From Pyrinomonadaceae bacterium (lineage in GTDB: Bacteria > Acidobacteriota > Blastocatellia > Pyrinomonadales > Pyrinomonadaceae): 64,000 nucleotides of DNA. The notes below the pieces were generated by a model. It worked only from the letters and a program-made list of their open reading frames with translations, did no database searches and was not told the DNA's origin. Positions 44,288 to 53,763 of the stretch are shown in pieces. The first letter of the stretch is position 1, and the number at the start of each line of letters is the position of its first letter. Position numbers and translations under genes: made by a program. The stretch spans positions 59,278-123,277 of the forward strand of contig JAGOBH010000007.1 of assembly GCA_017983495.1 (NCBI GenBank), read 5' to 3'.

Positions 44288-45448
44288 ATGGATTTTGCGA
44301 CAAAAGAGATATTTAAACGGTATGCGAGCATTATGGTCGGAAGGCCGATATCGCCCGTATTTTTGAACATACTTGTGACCAGCGTCTGTGATATGCGCTG
44401 CACGCACTGTTTCTTTACGGACGAACTCGACGACCGGCCGCGAAAGAAGCTGCAGATGAAGACCGACGAGATCGCCCGGATATCAGAAACGCTCGGCGGT
44501 AATCTCGGCGTTTTGGTCCTGGCCGGCGGCGAACCATTCACGCGAAAGGACCTGCCGCAGATCGTTCGCGCGTTCTACGAGAACAATAAGCTCGACTCGG
44601 TCTATCTGATGTCTAACGGTCAGATCCACCCGCGAATCTTCCCTGATGTCGCCCAGATCATGGACGAATGTCCGAATCTAAACGTTAGCGTCGCACTAGG
44701 CATCGACGGCATGAAAGATGCCCACGAAAAGATCCGCCGCAAAGAAGGCAGTTGGGACAAGGCGATCCATACCGCCCGCACCCTGCAGCAGATGAAGAAG
44801 GAGCAGTACCCCAGGCTCGACATTCAGACCTGCACCTGCGTGATGCATTCGAATGAGGAAACCATTTTCGACTGGTACGATTTCCTCAAATACGATCTCA
44901 AACCGGACAAGGTAAATATCAACTATATTCGCCCGCCGTCGAACGATCCGATCGAACTGGAGTTTGACCATAAGCGATATCAGCAGCTCTCGAACATGAT
45001 CCTCGAGGATACAAAGAGTGCGGCATTGAAGAACAATTACGGCGGCGATTCGGGCTTTTTCAAGGCCGCCGTCGACATCTACATGCACGACCTGATCGCC
45101 AAGACCAAAGAAGAGAACAAGGCCCAGCTTAAGTGCTACGCCGGCAGTGCCGGTGCCGTGATCTACGATAACGGTGCACTCTCGTCGTGCGAGAATAAGG
45201 CTGACGTGCTCAATCTGCGTGACTACAACTGGGATTTTCAGGCTGCGTGGAACACCGACATGATGGATGCACGCCGAAAAGAGGCCGGAGCCGGCTGCTA
45301 TTGCACGCACGAATCAAACTGTTTCTATCCGTCGCTGCCGTTCAATGCCGGTCATCTGGTCAAGATCAAAAAACTCGAAAGCCAGATGAAAAAGGCGTCG
45401 AAAGACGCCGGATTCCTGGCAGCGAAGGAAGTTGCGATGAAGGTGTGA
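44288..45448 (+). CDS. radical SAM protein with C-terminal SPASM/twitch-like Cys cluster
   Basis: GAGGA Shine-Dalgarno. LVTSVCDMRCTHCF (CxxxCxxC), GGEPF. C-terminal KCYAGSAGAVIYDNGALSSCE ... GAGCYCTHESNCFYPSLPF. Confidence 0.88.
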   Translation: MDFATKEIFKRYASIMVGRPISPVFLNILVTSVCDMRCTHCFFTDELDDRPRKKLQMKTDEIARISETLGGNLGVLVLAGGEPFTRKDLPQIVRAFYENNKLDSVYLMSNGQIHPRIFPDVAQIMDECPNLNVSVALGIDGMKDAHEKIRRKEGSWDKAIHTARTLQQMKKEQYPRLDIQTCTCVMHSNEETIFDWYDFLKYDLKPDKVNINYIRPPSNDPIELEFDHKRYQQLSNMILEDTKSAALKNNYGGDSGFFKAAVDIYMHDLIAKTKEENKAQLKCYAGSAGAVIYDNGALSSCENKADVLNLRDYNWDFQAAWNTDMMDARRKEAGAGCYCTHESNCFYPSLPFNAGHLVKIKKLESQMKKASKDAGFLAAKEVAMKV

Positions 45449-45452
45449 GGAT

Positions 45453-45671
45453 ATGATCCCTAAGGTAAATTACATCGTAAACGGGAGCGGGGAAAGGCTG
45501 TATGTTCAGCTATCGGTCAAGGATTGGGATAAATTGATGTCCGAGCACCAGCGACTGGTTTCCACCGCAAAGTTTCGGGATGGTTTACAGTCTGCTTTTC
45601 AGGAATCTGAGAAGATCGAACGAGGTGAAAAGACGGCAGTAACTTTAGACGAATTCCTCGATGAATTGTAA
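45453..45671 (+). CDS. putative antitoxin (72 aa)
   Basis: Small acidic-tailed ORF (…TLDEFLDEL) that overlaps the downstream RelE/ParE-like gene by 11 nt. The region is AT-richer than its flanks. Confidence 0.55.
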   Translation: MIPKVNYIVNGSGERLYVQLSVKDWDKLMSEHQRLVSTAKFRDGLQSAFQESEKIERGEKTAVTLDEFLDEL

Positions 45672-46014
45672 GATCATCGCGATCGAGAATTTTCGACGTG
45701 AAGCCAAACGACTGCACAAAAAATATGCTTCGCTTAAAGGTGAATTGTCTCGACTCGGAGAAGAACTGTTACAGGATCCCAGACTTGGCAAACCGCTCGG
45801 CAAGAGTGTTTACAAGATACGGTTAGCGGTCAAAAGCAAAGGGCGTGGGAAGAGTGGCGGGTTGCGAATAATCACACGCATTGTTGAAGTTCAGTTCAAA
45901 GTCGTAGATAGCCCTCCGCAGACAAATATCTACCTGCTTTCAATCTATGACAAGGCTGAACAACCCGATATTACGGACAAAAGACTAAAAGAGATCATTG
46001 ACGATATTGCGTGA
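45661..46014 (+). CDS. RelE/ParE-superfamily toxin-like protein
   Basis: ...GKPLGKSVYKIRLAVKSKGRGKSGGLRIITRI...NIYLLSIYDKAEQPDIT... is the typical RelE/HigB-like core (GKSGG.R.I., then LL.IYDK...DI). Confidence 0.7.
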   Translation: MNCKIIAIENFRREAKRLHKKYASLKGELSRLGEELLQDPRLGKPLGKSVYKIRLAVKSKGRGKSGGLRIITRIVEVQFKVVDSPPQTNIYLLSIYDKAEQPDITDKRLKEIIDDIA

Positions 46015-46054
46015 ACGTTATTTGCGATCTAACCGCAAAATTAACAACCAAAGA

Positions 46055-47233
46055 ATGCCACAATCCACCCCAAAGATCCTGATAATTTCCTCTGATACCG
46101 GCGGCGGGCATCGCTCTGCGGCCGCGGCTATATCAGAGGGACTGGAGAAATTTTGGAAAGGTGAATCGTCGGTCGTTCGCGTCATTAAGGCGGTCGAGGA
46201 GTCGCATCACGTTACCGACAAACTGGTAGATCTATACAACTGGACGCTGAAGAACAAGCAGCACTGGATGAAATACCTCTACTGGTTTGTCAACAAGATC
46301 AGGCCGGAGACGCGCGAATTCTTTCACAAACGATGTATCGGTTATGTCCGCGACCAGTTTGAAAAATGGTGCCCGCACGTTGTCGTAAGTGTCCATCCGT
46401 TGACCCAACATATCTTTGCACGCATCCTTAAGGAACTTAACCTATCGGATCAGGTTCCGCTTGTAACTGTTGTAACTGATCCATGTTACGGTTTTTGGAA
46501 AGGATGGGCATGTGAGGACGTTTCGCTATATCTCGTGGCAAATGACGACGCCCGCGACCAGCTGATCGATTACGGTATCGCACCGGAGAAGATCAAGGTC
46601 TCGGGGATGCCGGTGAATCCGAAGTTTCGTGAGGTCGATGAAAAGGACGCTCAGGACGCTCGTCGCGTCTATGGGCTCGACCCAGATAAATTCACGGTAT
46701 TTGTAAACGCCGGTTGGGTCGGCGGCGGAAATATTCCGCAGATATTTCGCGAACTCGTCCGCGGCGAACTGGACGTACAGGCGATATTTCTGGCCGGCAA
46801 AAATGAGGAACTCAGGCTCGAGGCCGAGCAGCTCGCTAAGACGGCGAAGTTTCCCGTCAAGGTCATCGGTTATTCGAACGAGATCGAAAAGCTCATGCAT
46901 TCTGCCAACGTGATGGTCTCGAAGCTCGGCGGACTGACGACCTTCGAGGCCCTCGCTTGCCGTCTTCCGATTATTGCCGACGCGACCACGCCGCCGATGC
47001 CGCAGGAAGCGGGTACGGTTCAGCTGTTAGAACGACGCGGAGCGGGCATTTTGCTGCGAAAAAGCTCCGATATCGTGCCGACGATCCAGAATCTGCTGAT
47101 CGACAACGGCGAGTATTCACGGATGAAAGCGGCAACCGTCGGGATGACGATGCCGAACTCGACCGAGCAGATAATCAAGGAGATAAACGCTCTGCTGCCA
47201 CATCCATTTACGACGTCGCGGGCCGCGGCCTGA
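46055..47233 (+). CDS. MGDG-synthase-family (GT28) glycosyltransferase
   Basis: ORF 45998-47233 trimmed to MPQSTPKILIISSDTGGGHRSAAAAISEGL (ATG 46055). MGDG-synthase-like N-terminal domain plus a GT28 C-terminal domain (...SKLGGLTTFEALACRLPII). Confidence 0.85.
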   Translation: MPQSTPKILIISSDTGGGHRSAAAAISEGLEKFWKGESSVVRVIKAVEESHHVTDKLVDLYNWTLKNKQHWMKYLYWFVNKIRPETREFFHKRCIGYVRDQFEKWCPHVVVSVHPLTQHIFARILKELNLSDQVPLVTVVTDPCYGFWKGWACEDVSLYLVANDDARDQLIDYGIAPEKIKVSGMPVNPKFREVDEKDAQDARRVYGLDPDKFTVFVNAGWVGGGNIPQIFRELVRGELDVQAIFLAGKNEELRLEAEQLAKTAKFPVKVIGYSNEIEKLMHSANVMVSKLGGLTTFEALACRLPIIADATTPPMPQEAGTVQLLERRGAGILLRKSSDIVPTIQNLLIDNGEYSRMKAATVGMTMPNSTEQIIKEINALLPHPFTTSRAAA

Positions 47234-47329
47234 AGGCACCTTTCGGACCTGAGCACTTGTCAGGCACCGCCAATTTCATTAACCTTTTCAATTGGAAACT
47301 GACTCGTTTATTATTCGGAGAAACACGAA

Positions 47330-48079
47330 TTGAGCTTATTACTTGAAGGAAAACGTGCGTTTGTCTCAGGCGGAACGCGCGGGATCGGCGCCGCAATTTG
47401 CGAGGTCTTTGCCCGTGAGGGTGCGGACGTCGCGTTCAATTACCACTCCAGCGATGAACTTGCGGACGAAGTGCGTGCAAAGATCGAGGCACACGGCCGT
47501 CGGGCACTCAGCTTTAAGGTCTCGGTCACGGATCGGTACGGCATGAAGCACATTGCCCGCGAGATCAAAGAGGCTTGGGGTCCGATCAACGTGCTCGTGA
47601 ACAACGCCGCCGTCAACAAAGGTGATAATTTTGCGACGACGACGGACAAATCGTGGGATTGGGTCGTCGACACCAACGTCAACAGCCTTTTTGCGGTCAC
47701 CAAACCGTTTTATAAGCAGATGATCCGTGAGCGTGCGGGTTCGATACTGAATATCACCTCGGTCGGGGCAATCCGCAGCCTGCCGACCTCGGTACACTAT
47801 GCGACCTCAAAGGCTGCTATGATCGGTTTCACCAAGTGTTTGTCGCGCGAAGCGTCGAATTTCGGCATTTCGGTTAACGCCATTGCTGCCGGTATCTTCG
47901 ACACAGACCTTGGCCACACACTGCCCGAACGCCTGCTGCAGATGCACGATTTCTGGGTCGCCAAGGGCCGTGTCGGCCGCCCTGAGGAACTTGCCGAATA
48001 CGCGGCTTTCATGGTCAGCGACCGCAACAGCTTTATGAGCGGCGAGGTCGTAATAGTCGATGGCGGAGCGATCACCTAG
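47330..48079 (+). CDS. short-chain dehydrogenase/reductase (FabG-like)
   Basis: TTG start with GGAG 9 nt upstream. SGGTRGIGAA (TGxxxGxG), NNAA, and the catalytic S...YATSK. Confidence 0.9.
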   Translation: MSLLLEGKRAFVSGGTRGIGAAICEVFAREGADVAFNYHSSDELADEVRAKIEAHGRRALSFKVSVTDRYGMKHIAREIKEAWGPINVLVNNAAVNKGDNFATTTDKSWDWVVDTNVNSLFAVTKPFYKQMIRERAGSILNITSVGAIRSLPTSVHYATSKAAMIGFTKCLSREASNFGISVNAIAAGIFDTDLGHTLPERLLQMHDFWVAKGRVGRPEELAEYAAFMVSDRNSFMSGEVVIVDGGAIT

Positions 48080-48112
48080 GGAGTTATCCGCGATACAAAC
48101 GAAAGATGCGAA

Positions 48113-48137
48113 AGCCGGAGTTTAGCTCCGGTTTTTC
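48113..48137 (+). terminator. rho-independent terminator after the SDR gene
   Basis: CCGGAG-tttag-CTCCGG followed by TTTTT. Confidence 0.65.
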
Positions 48138-48222
48138 GCGTTATTGAGTTAGAATCATTGCGTCATATCTGAAAATCGATCGGCGGGCAATCCGTGGCCC
48201 GAACTGAAAAGGAGCAATTGAA

Positions 48223-50178
48223 ATGAAAGTTCGTTTTGTACGAAGTCTTGTTTTGTCGGCAGTGATCTCGGCACTTTTGACGGCCGGTGTTATTGCACAG
48301 AACCGTCAGGCACCTGATCCGGAACTGATCGCAAAGCGGCACGCAATCGAGAAGGAACTTAACGAGATCGCCGTGATCGACCGCAAGGTGATGGTGCCGA
48401 TGCGCGACGGAAAGCGGATGGCGGCCGATGTTTACAGGCCGAAGGACGCGTCGAAGCAATACCCGATCATCTTTTCGCGAACTCCGTACAATTTTAATTT
48501 CTGGGACATCAGGCTCGGTGCCCCGCGTGATATGACCACGATCCTCGACGCGATCAAACGCGGTTACGCATACGTTGTGATGAACGAACGCGGGCATTTT
48601 TTCTCTGAGGGAAATTGGGACATTCTCGGGCCGCCCACGACCGACGGCGACGACGCCCTGACGTGGATGTCGTCGCAGCCGTGGTCGAACAAAAAGGTCG
48701 GCACGATCGGGTGTTCGTCGACGGCTGAATGGCAGATGGCGGTTGCGGCCCGCGGCAATCCGGCGTTTACCACTATGATCGCACAAGGTTTCGGGGCGGG
48801 CGTCGGGCGTGTCGGGCCGTATTACGAGCAGGGAAACTGGTATCGCGGCGGCGCCGTCCAAATGCTGTTTATCGCCTGGCTACATGGCGAACAGAACCAA
48901 GTTCGGCCGATGTTTCCGGAGAATACATCGCAAGCGGACCTGATACGGGCGTCGAGATCGTTCGATCTGGCTCAGCAGGCTCCGCCGGTCGATTGGTCAA
49001 AGGCCCTACGACATCTGCCTGTGAGAGATATCATCAAGGCGGTGGACGGGCCGAATGGAATATTTGCCGACGAAATGCCGAACACCACCGGCGGGGCGAT
49101 GATCCGGCGAACGCCGAACGATCCGGCGTGGTTCAAGGGCGGGCTGTTTCACGACAACATGAAGATCAACATCCCGGGATTTTGGTTCATGTCATGGTAC
49201 GACGTCTCGGTCGGGCCTAATCTGGCCACGTTCAATCACGTTCGAAAAACGGCAAGCCCCGAGATCGCTGATAAACAGTACGCCGTGATCGCCCCGACGC
49301 TGCATTGCAGTTACACGCGGGCGACCGAGAATACGGTGGTCGGAGAGCGGAGTATGGGCGACGCACGGCTCGATTACAGTGCGTTGACCTACGGCTGGTT
49401 CGATCATTTTCTGAAAGGCGAAAAGAACGACATCCTGAATATGCCGAAGGTTCGCTATTTCACGATGGGCAGCAACAAATGGCAGTCTTCGGAATCGTGG
49501 CCGCCCAAGGGGGCCGAGCCGATGAAGTTCTACCTGTCGAGCAACGGAAAGGCAAACTCGCTGAAAGGCGACGGAGCACTTCTTGCGGCTCCGGCGGCGA
49601 CCGACATCCCGGACAGTTTTGACTACGATCCGATGAATCCTGTTCCGTCGTTCGGCGGAAACGTTTGCTGTACGGGCAACGCGGTCACGGGCGGTTCGTG
49701 GGACCAAAGCAAGATGGAAGAACGGCAGGACATTCTCGTCTATAGTTCGGAAGTATTGAAAGAAGGGATCGAGCTGAGCGGGCCGATCGATCTGACGCTG
49801 TACGTATCATCGAGTGCGAAGGACACGGATTTTACGGTCAAGTTGGTCGACGTCGATGAGAACGGCAAGGCATGGAACCTGGACGAGACGATCCAGCGAA
49901 TGCGTTACCGCGACGGTTACGACAAGCCGTTGGCGTGGATGGACGCTGGAAAGGTCTACAAAGTTATATTTCAACCGATGACTACGAGCAACTATTTCGC
50001 TCCGGGCCATCGCATCAGGATCGAGATATCAAGCAGCAATTTTCCGCGTTTTGACCGCAATATGAACACGGGCGGGAACAATTACGACGAGGTGAAAGGA
50101 GTCATCGCCCGCAATTCGGTGCATCACTCGAAGCAGTATCCGGCCGAATTGACGATATCGGTGGTGAAGAAGAAATAG
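48223..50178 (+). CDS. CocE/NonD-family hydrolase, secreted (second paralogue)
   Basis: Signal peptide [27 protein letters not shown]15/CocE-like N-terminal alpha/beta domain (nucleophile region IGCSSTAEW) and a C-terminal beta-sandwich. Confidence 0.88.
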   Translation: MKVRFVRSLVLSAVISALLTAGVIAQNRQAPDPELIAKRHAIEKELNEIAVIDRKVMVPMRDGKRMAADVYRPKDASKQYPIIFSRTPYNFNFWDIRLGAPRDMTTILDAIKRGYAYVVMNERGHFFSEGNWDILGPPTTDGDDALTWMSSQPWSNKKVGTIGCSSTAEWQMAVAARGNPAFTTMIAQGFGAGVGRVGPYYEQGNWYRGGAVQMLFIAWLHGEQNQVRPMFPENTSQADLIRASRSFDLAQQAPPVDWSKALRHLPVRDIIKAVDGPNGIFADEMPNTTGGAMIRRTPNDPAWFKGGLFHDNMKINIPGFWFMSWYDVSVGPNLATFNHVRKTASPEIADKQYAVIAPTLHCSYTRATENTVVGERSMGDARLDYSALTYGWFDHFLKGEKNDILNMPKVRYFTMGSNKWQSSESWPPKGAEPMKFYLSSNGKANSLKGDGALLAAPAATDIPDSFDYDPMNPVPSFGGNVCCTGNAVTGGSWDQSKMEERQDILVYSSEVLKEGIELSGPIDLTLYVSSSAKDTDFTVKLVDVDENGKAWNLDETIQRMRYRDGYDKPLAWMDAGKVYKVIFQPMTTSNYFAPGHRIRIEISSSNFPRFDRNMNTGGNNYDEVKGVIARNSVHHSKQYPAELTISVVKKK

Positions 50179-50193
50179 ACACGGGGCGACGAT

Positions 50194-50271
50194 TGCCCGC
50201 GAAACACGCGAAAAGACGCGAAAATTAAGACTGTGCCTGATTTTCGCGTCTTTTCGCGCCTTTCGCGGGCA
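50194..50271. repeat. long REP palindrome / bidirectional terminator between convergent genes
   Basis: TGCCCGCGAAAcaCGCGAAAAGACGCGAAAAT - 14 nt - ATTTTCGCGTCTTTTCGCGccTTTCGCGGGCA, with arms of about 30 nt. Confidence 0.75.
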
Positions 50272-50283
50272 AAAGAGAATTAC

Positions 50284-50769
50284 TCACTTTTCGAGGCGTT
50301 CTTTTGCTTTTGCGATGAAGACCTTGATCATCTCGGCGATGCGTTTGTTCATTTCGGAGCTGATCAGGCTTTCGCCGGCGAGGCCGGCGAGGAAATGCAG
50401 GTCGCGGGCGGTCTTGCGTCGAAGTTCGACCATCTGCGAAAAATGGACGTGCGTGACGTCTTTGGCCTTTTCGAGAAAGTCCGCCGAATACCGCAAAAAG
50501 TTCTCAGCCTCGGTCCGCAGCGGTGACCATTCTATGCGGTCTTCGCTGTCCTCGGCAAGCTCGACGGCAAATTTCTGAAGCATCTGCCCGACGACCGGGA
50601 TCTCGGCCTGTATCTTCCAATGAGCAACGCCCTTGGCGTCGGTGTGGATCTGCGAAACGCCGGGCATGAGGTCGGCAAAGTTCGCGATGTTCGAGAAAAA
50701 CTCCCGCACCTCGTCGATGCCCGACCTGAGCTCAATAACGTCCGAATATCCTGCTTTTACTGTAAACAT
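50284..50769 (-). CDS. SRPBCC-superfamily (START/polyketide-cyclase-like) protein
   Basis: 161 aa. Sequence texture of the SRPBCC ligand-binding fold (…IELRSGIDEVREFFSNIANFADLMPGV…). Assignment by resemblance only. Confidence 0.6.
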   Translation of the reverse strand: MFTVKAGYSDVIELRSGIDEVREFFSNIANFADLMPGVSQIHTDAKGVAHWKIQAEIPVVGQMLQKFAVELAEDSEDRIEWSPLRTEAENFLRYSADFLEKAKDVTHVHFSQMVELRRKTARDLHFLAGLAGESLISSEMNKRIAEMIKVFIAKAKERLEK

Positions 50770-50770
50770 A

Positions 50771-50877
50771 GTGTGAGTTTGTTGAGTCTGTCGAGTCTGT
50801 TGAGTCTATCGGGTCTTTCGAGTCCGTTGGGTCTGTTGACCCGATCGACTCGATCGACTCGATAGACTCCCCAGACT
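50771..50877. repeat. 9-nt periodic tandem array that folds back on itself
   Basis: About 7 units of GAGTCTGTY-type 9-mers, followed by about 4 units of the complementary GACTCGATC type. Example arm pair: GAGTCTATCGGGTC / GACCCGATCGACTC. Confidence 0.65.
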
Positions 50878-50878
50878 C

Positions 50879-53680
50879 TCAAAACACTCCGTTAAAAAGT
50901 ACGGCGTTGAAGAACGGCCGGGTGCTCGAGCGGGTCATGCCGCGGAAGAACGGGTCTTCGGCGAAGAGCACCACGTGGCCGCTGCCAAGCGATTCGTCGA
51001 TCACATACGCCGTTCCCTTGAGCAAACGCTCGGTGTTGCCTTCCCAGACAAATCCTGAGATGGTCAGCGGGCGTTTCGGGTTGGCGTCAAAAACGAGTGC
51101 ATTCGTGCCTTCTTTAGAGTATCTGAAGAAATATCCGCTCGCCAACAGCACGGGCATTTCGTCGCGGTTGACGCCGTAGGTCAGGTAATTGGTCCGGTCG
51201 ACCGTGGCTCGAAATATCGCACCGGGCAGCCCTTCGGGAACCTTGTTGGCGTTTGCCGACGGCGATGCGATCGCAGGCAAGCTATGTGCAATACCGTCTT
51301 TGCGGTCTGTCGGCAACTCGGGCGGGACGGTCTGGCCATCGGATGTCGTCGGCGGATCTTTCTTTTCGTCAGACGATTTGCCCTTTTCTTCGTCGTCATC
51401 ACTGCCGACGAGCTTTGACGTGGTCAGCCCGACGTCCTTGAGAGCGGCAAAGACCGATGCACCGCTGATGGTGACGATCGTGCCGCCATTTGAGGCAAAT
51501 TCTTTCAGTGCGGCGACCCCGCCGCTGCCGAACGAGCTCATATAACGTCCGGCCGAGCCCTCGGGGATGATCAGGACGTTGTAATTCTTTAATCCTCCGC
51601 CGCGAATGGTTCCGATCGTCATCGGCGTAAATTTGACGCCGTGTTTGTCGAATGTCCACCAGATCGAGCCGTAAGATTCCTGTGTGACGCCTTCGTCGGC
51701 GGCAATGGCGATCTTCGGGGCGGTAAGCGAAATGACGGCCTCGCCGCCGACGCTGGTGTCGCCCTCGTCTGAAAATCCTGAGTTTACGGCGGTGATATTG
51801 ACGCCCGATTCGCGTGCGGCCTCGGCGATCGCGTCATGGATCGAATCGGGGTTACGCGACACGCGCACGACAAATGTGCCTGGCCGCCAGTTGCGTCCGC
51901 CGGCATTGAGCTGACGCGTGGCAACGGCGATCTTATAGCCTTTTTGCAGCAGCCGCATGACCATTGCACCGGTCGAGTCGGTCTCGTATGGAATAATGTA
52001 CGAAACCGACGCACGGCCGGTCACGCCGCCGCGCCTTGCGTTTTCGAGATAAGCCGCGTCGACCATGGTGCCGGCGACGTTCGAAGATTCCTCGGTCCAC
52101 CACGCATCGACGCCGAACGACAGCGGCAGCGACCAGGCGGTAATGTCGTAAAATCCGTATTCTTCCTTGGCCTGACCCTTGCCGCGCATCTGGTTGCGGC
52201 GAAAACGTGCCATATTGTCCTCGACGAACGCCTTATCTTGCGGCGTGTCCTGTTCGAGGATCGACTTGATAAAGATCCGCTGCGGTTGGTCTAGATCGAC
52301 TATGTACGAGCCCGCGGGGAAGGTCTTGCTGGCCGCCGGAGCGTTCTTTTCCATGTAGGTATGTGCCGTCGGCGAGGTGAATGACGACGTCGCTACCTTG
52401 ACCTCGATGTTCGAGAGCCGCAGTATCTCGACGACCTCGGCGGCCTTGACGCGGTCGCTGGTCGGGTCGATGACGACACGCTTCATTTTCGAACCGACGC
52501 CCGCAGCCATTCCCTTGGCACGGAAATCGTAAAAATCCCTGATCCGCTCGACCTTGTGTTTGGCGTTGGTCTCGAGCGTTGTCATTGACGCGACGTAGTG
52601 CTTGGCGATCGACGAACGGAACGTGACGATCGTGCCGTCGTCGCGGGTCCAGTTTAGCCCCTTGAAGCCGCCGCCGTCGGTCTCGTAAGTCATGCCGGTC
52701 GCACCGTTGAGCGACGGGTACATATCCCAATAACCCGGATAGAAGGCATCGAAAACGTCGCGGACGTAGTAATCCCACTTATTGCGGTCAAACGCGGCGG
52801 CGTTCGCACGGCCGTAACGCTCTTCCCACTTCGAGGTCACGGGCTGCGGCAGGTTCGGGTTGGTCGGCAGGCCGGTCGGCGGAAAGAAATACTGCGTCGG
52901 CTGGCCGTGATGGTCGACGGCGAGCTGCGGATTCCACTCGACGTACGCCTTCTGCATGTTTCGCGACTCTTTCTGGCTGAACGTCAGAGTGTCTCTATTG
53001 AGGTTAAAGCGATAGTGATTGACGCGGCCCCAGATCGACCACGGTTCGCGGTGCTCGATGGCGTTGCGGTCCGGGCTGCCGACCGCGACGGAATTGTACC
53101 AGGTGGCAAATCGTTCGTGGCCGTCCGGATTTTCGCCTGTCAGGATCAGGACGACGGTGTTTTTTAGAATATCGAGCGTGGCCGGTTCGTTTGACGCGGC
53201 AAGCTGGTACATGACCTGCATGAACGCCTCGAACGACGAAGATTCGTTGCCGTGGATGGTGTATGCCATCCAGGCGATCGTCGGATTGCTATTGGCGATC
53301 TGGTCGGCCTCGGCGGCGGACGTTTTTCGGGGATCGATGAGCCGTGCGTTATTTGCCCTGATCTCGTCGAGCCTGGCGATATTCTCGGGAGCCGAAATGG
53401 CAACGAGATACTGCATCCGATGCTCGTTGGTCGTGCCGATCTCAAAGACCTTGACGCGGTCCTTTGCCGCACCGGCGATGGCGTTCATGACATGCTCCAT
53501 CTGGGCGTAGGTTGTGTGGTGTTCGCCGACATCGTAACGCAAGATGCTCTGCGGCCGCGGTACGTTCGAGCGGTATTCGCCGCGGTTGTAGAAATCGAAT
53601 TTCTCTTCGGTCTGGGCAAATGTGAGCCCGGCAAAAAGCGAGCAAATAAACGCAGCGATCAGCAATGCACTTTTTTTCAT
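50879..53680 (-). CDS. M14-family zinc carboxypeptidase, large secreted multidomain protein
   Basis: ORF 50879-53989 trimmed to MKKSALLIAAFICSLFAGLTFAQ (ATG 53678-53680). Zn motif IHGNESS (HxxE). The 103-codon upstream extension is Arg-rich junk and overlaps the opposite-strand gene. Confidence 0.85.
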   Translation of the reverse strand: MKKSALLIAAFICSLFAGLTFAQTEEKFDFYNRGEYRSNVPRPQSILRYDVGEHHTTYAQMEHVMNAIAGAAKDRVKVFEIGTTNEHRMQYLVAISAPENIARLDEIRANNARLIDPRKTSAAEADQIANSNPTIAWMAYTIHGNESSSFEAFMQVMYQLAASNEPATLDILKNTVVLILTGENPDGHERFATWYNSVAVGSPDRNAIEHREPWSIWGRVNHYRFNLNRDTLTFSQKESRNMQKAYVEWNPQLAVDHHGQPTQYFFPPTGLPTNPNLPQPVTSKWEERYGRANAAAFDRNKWDYYVRDVFDAFYPGYWDMYPSLNGATGMTYETDGGGFKGLNWTRDDGTIVTFRSSIAKHYVASMTTLETNAKHKVERIRDFYDFRAKGMAAGVGSKMKRVVIDPTSDRVKAAEVVEILRLSNIEVKVATSSFTSPTAHTYMEKNAPAASKTFPAGSYIVDLDQPQRIFIKSILEQDTPQDKAFVEDNMARFRRNQMRGKGQAKEEYGFYDITAWSLPLSFGVDAWWTEESSNVAGTMVDAAYLENARRGGVTGRASVSYIIPYETDSTGAMVMRLLQKGYKIAVATRQLNAGGRNWRPGTFVVRVSRNPDSIHDAIAEAARESGVNITAVNSGFSDEGDTSVGGEAVISLTAPKIAIAADEGVTQESYGSIWWTFDKHGVKFTPMTIGTIRGGGLKNYNVLIIPEGSAGRYMSSFGSGGVAALKEFASNGGTIVTISGASVFAALKDVGLTTSKLVGSDDDEEKGKSSDEKKDPPTTSDGQTVPPELPTDRKDGIAHSLPAIASPSANANKVPEGLPGAIFRATVDRTNYLTYGVNRDEMPVLLASGYFFRYSKEGTNALVFDANPKRPLTISGFVWEGNTERLLKGTAYVIDESLGSGHVVLFAEDPFFRGMTRSSTRPFFNAVLFNGVF

Positions 53681-53763
53681 CACAATAAGTAGATCAGATT
53701 GATAGAATATGGTTCTGGACAGGTTAGATATTAAACCGTACAGGGTTAAACGCAAAAAACACC

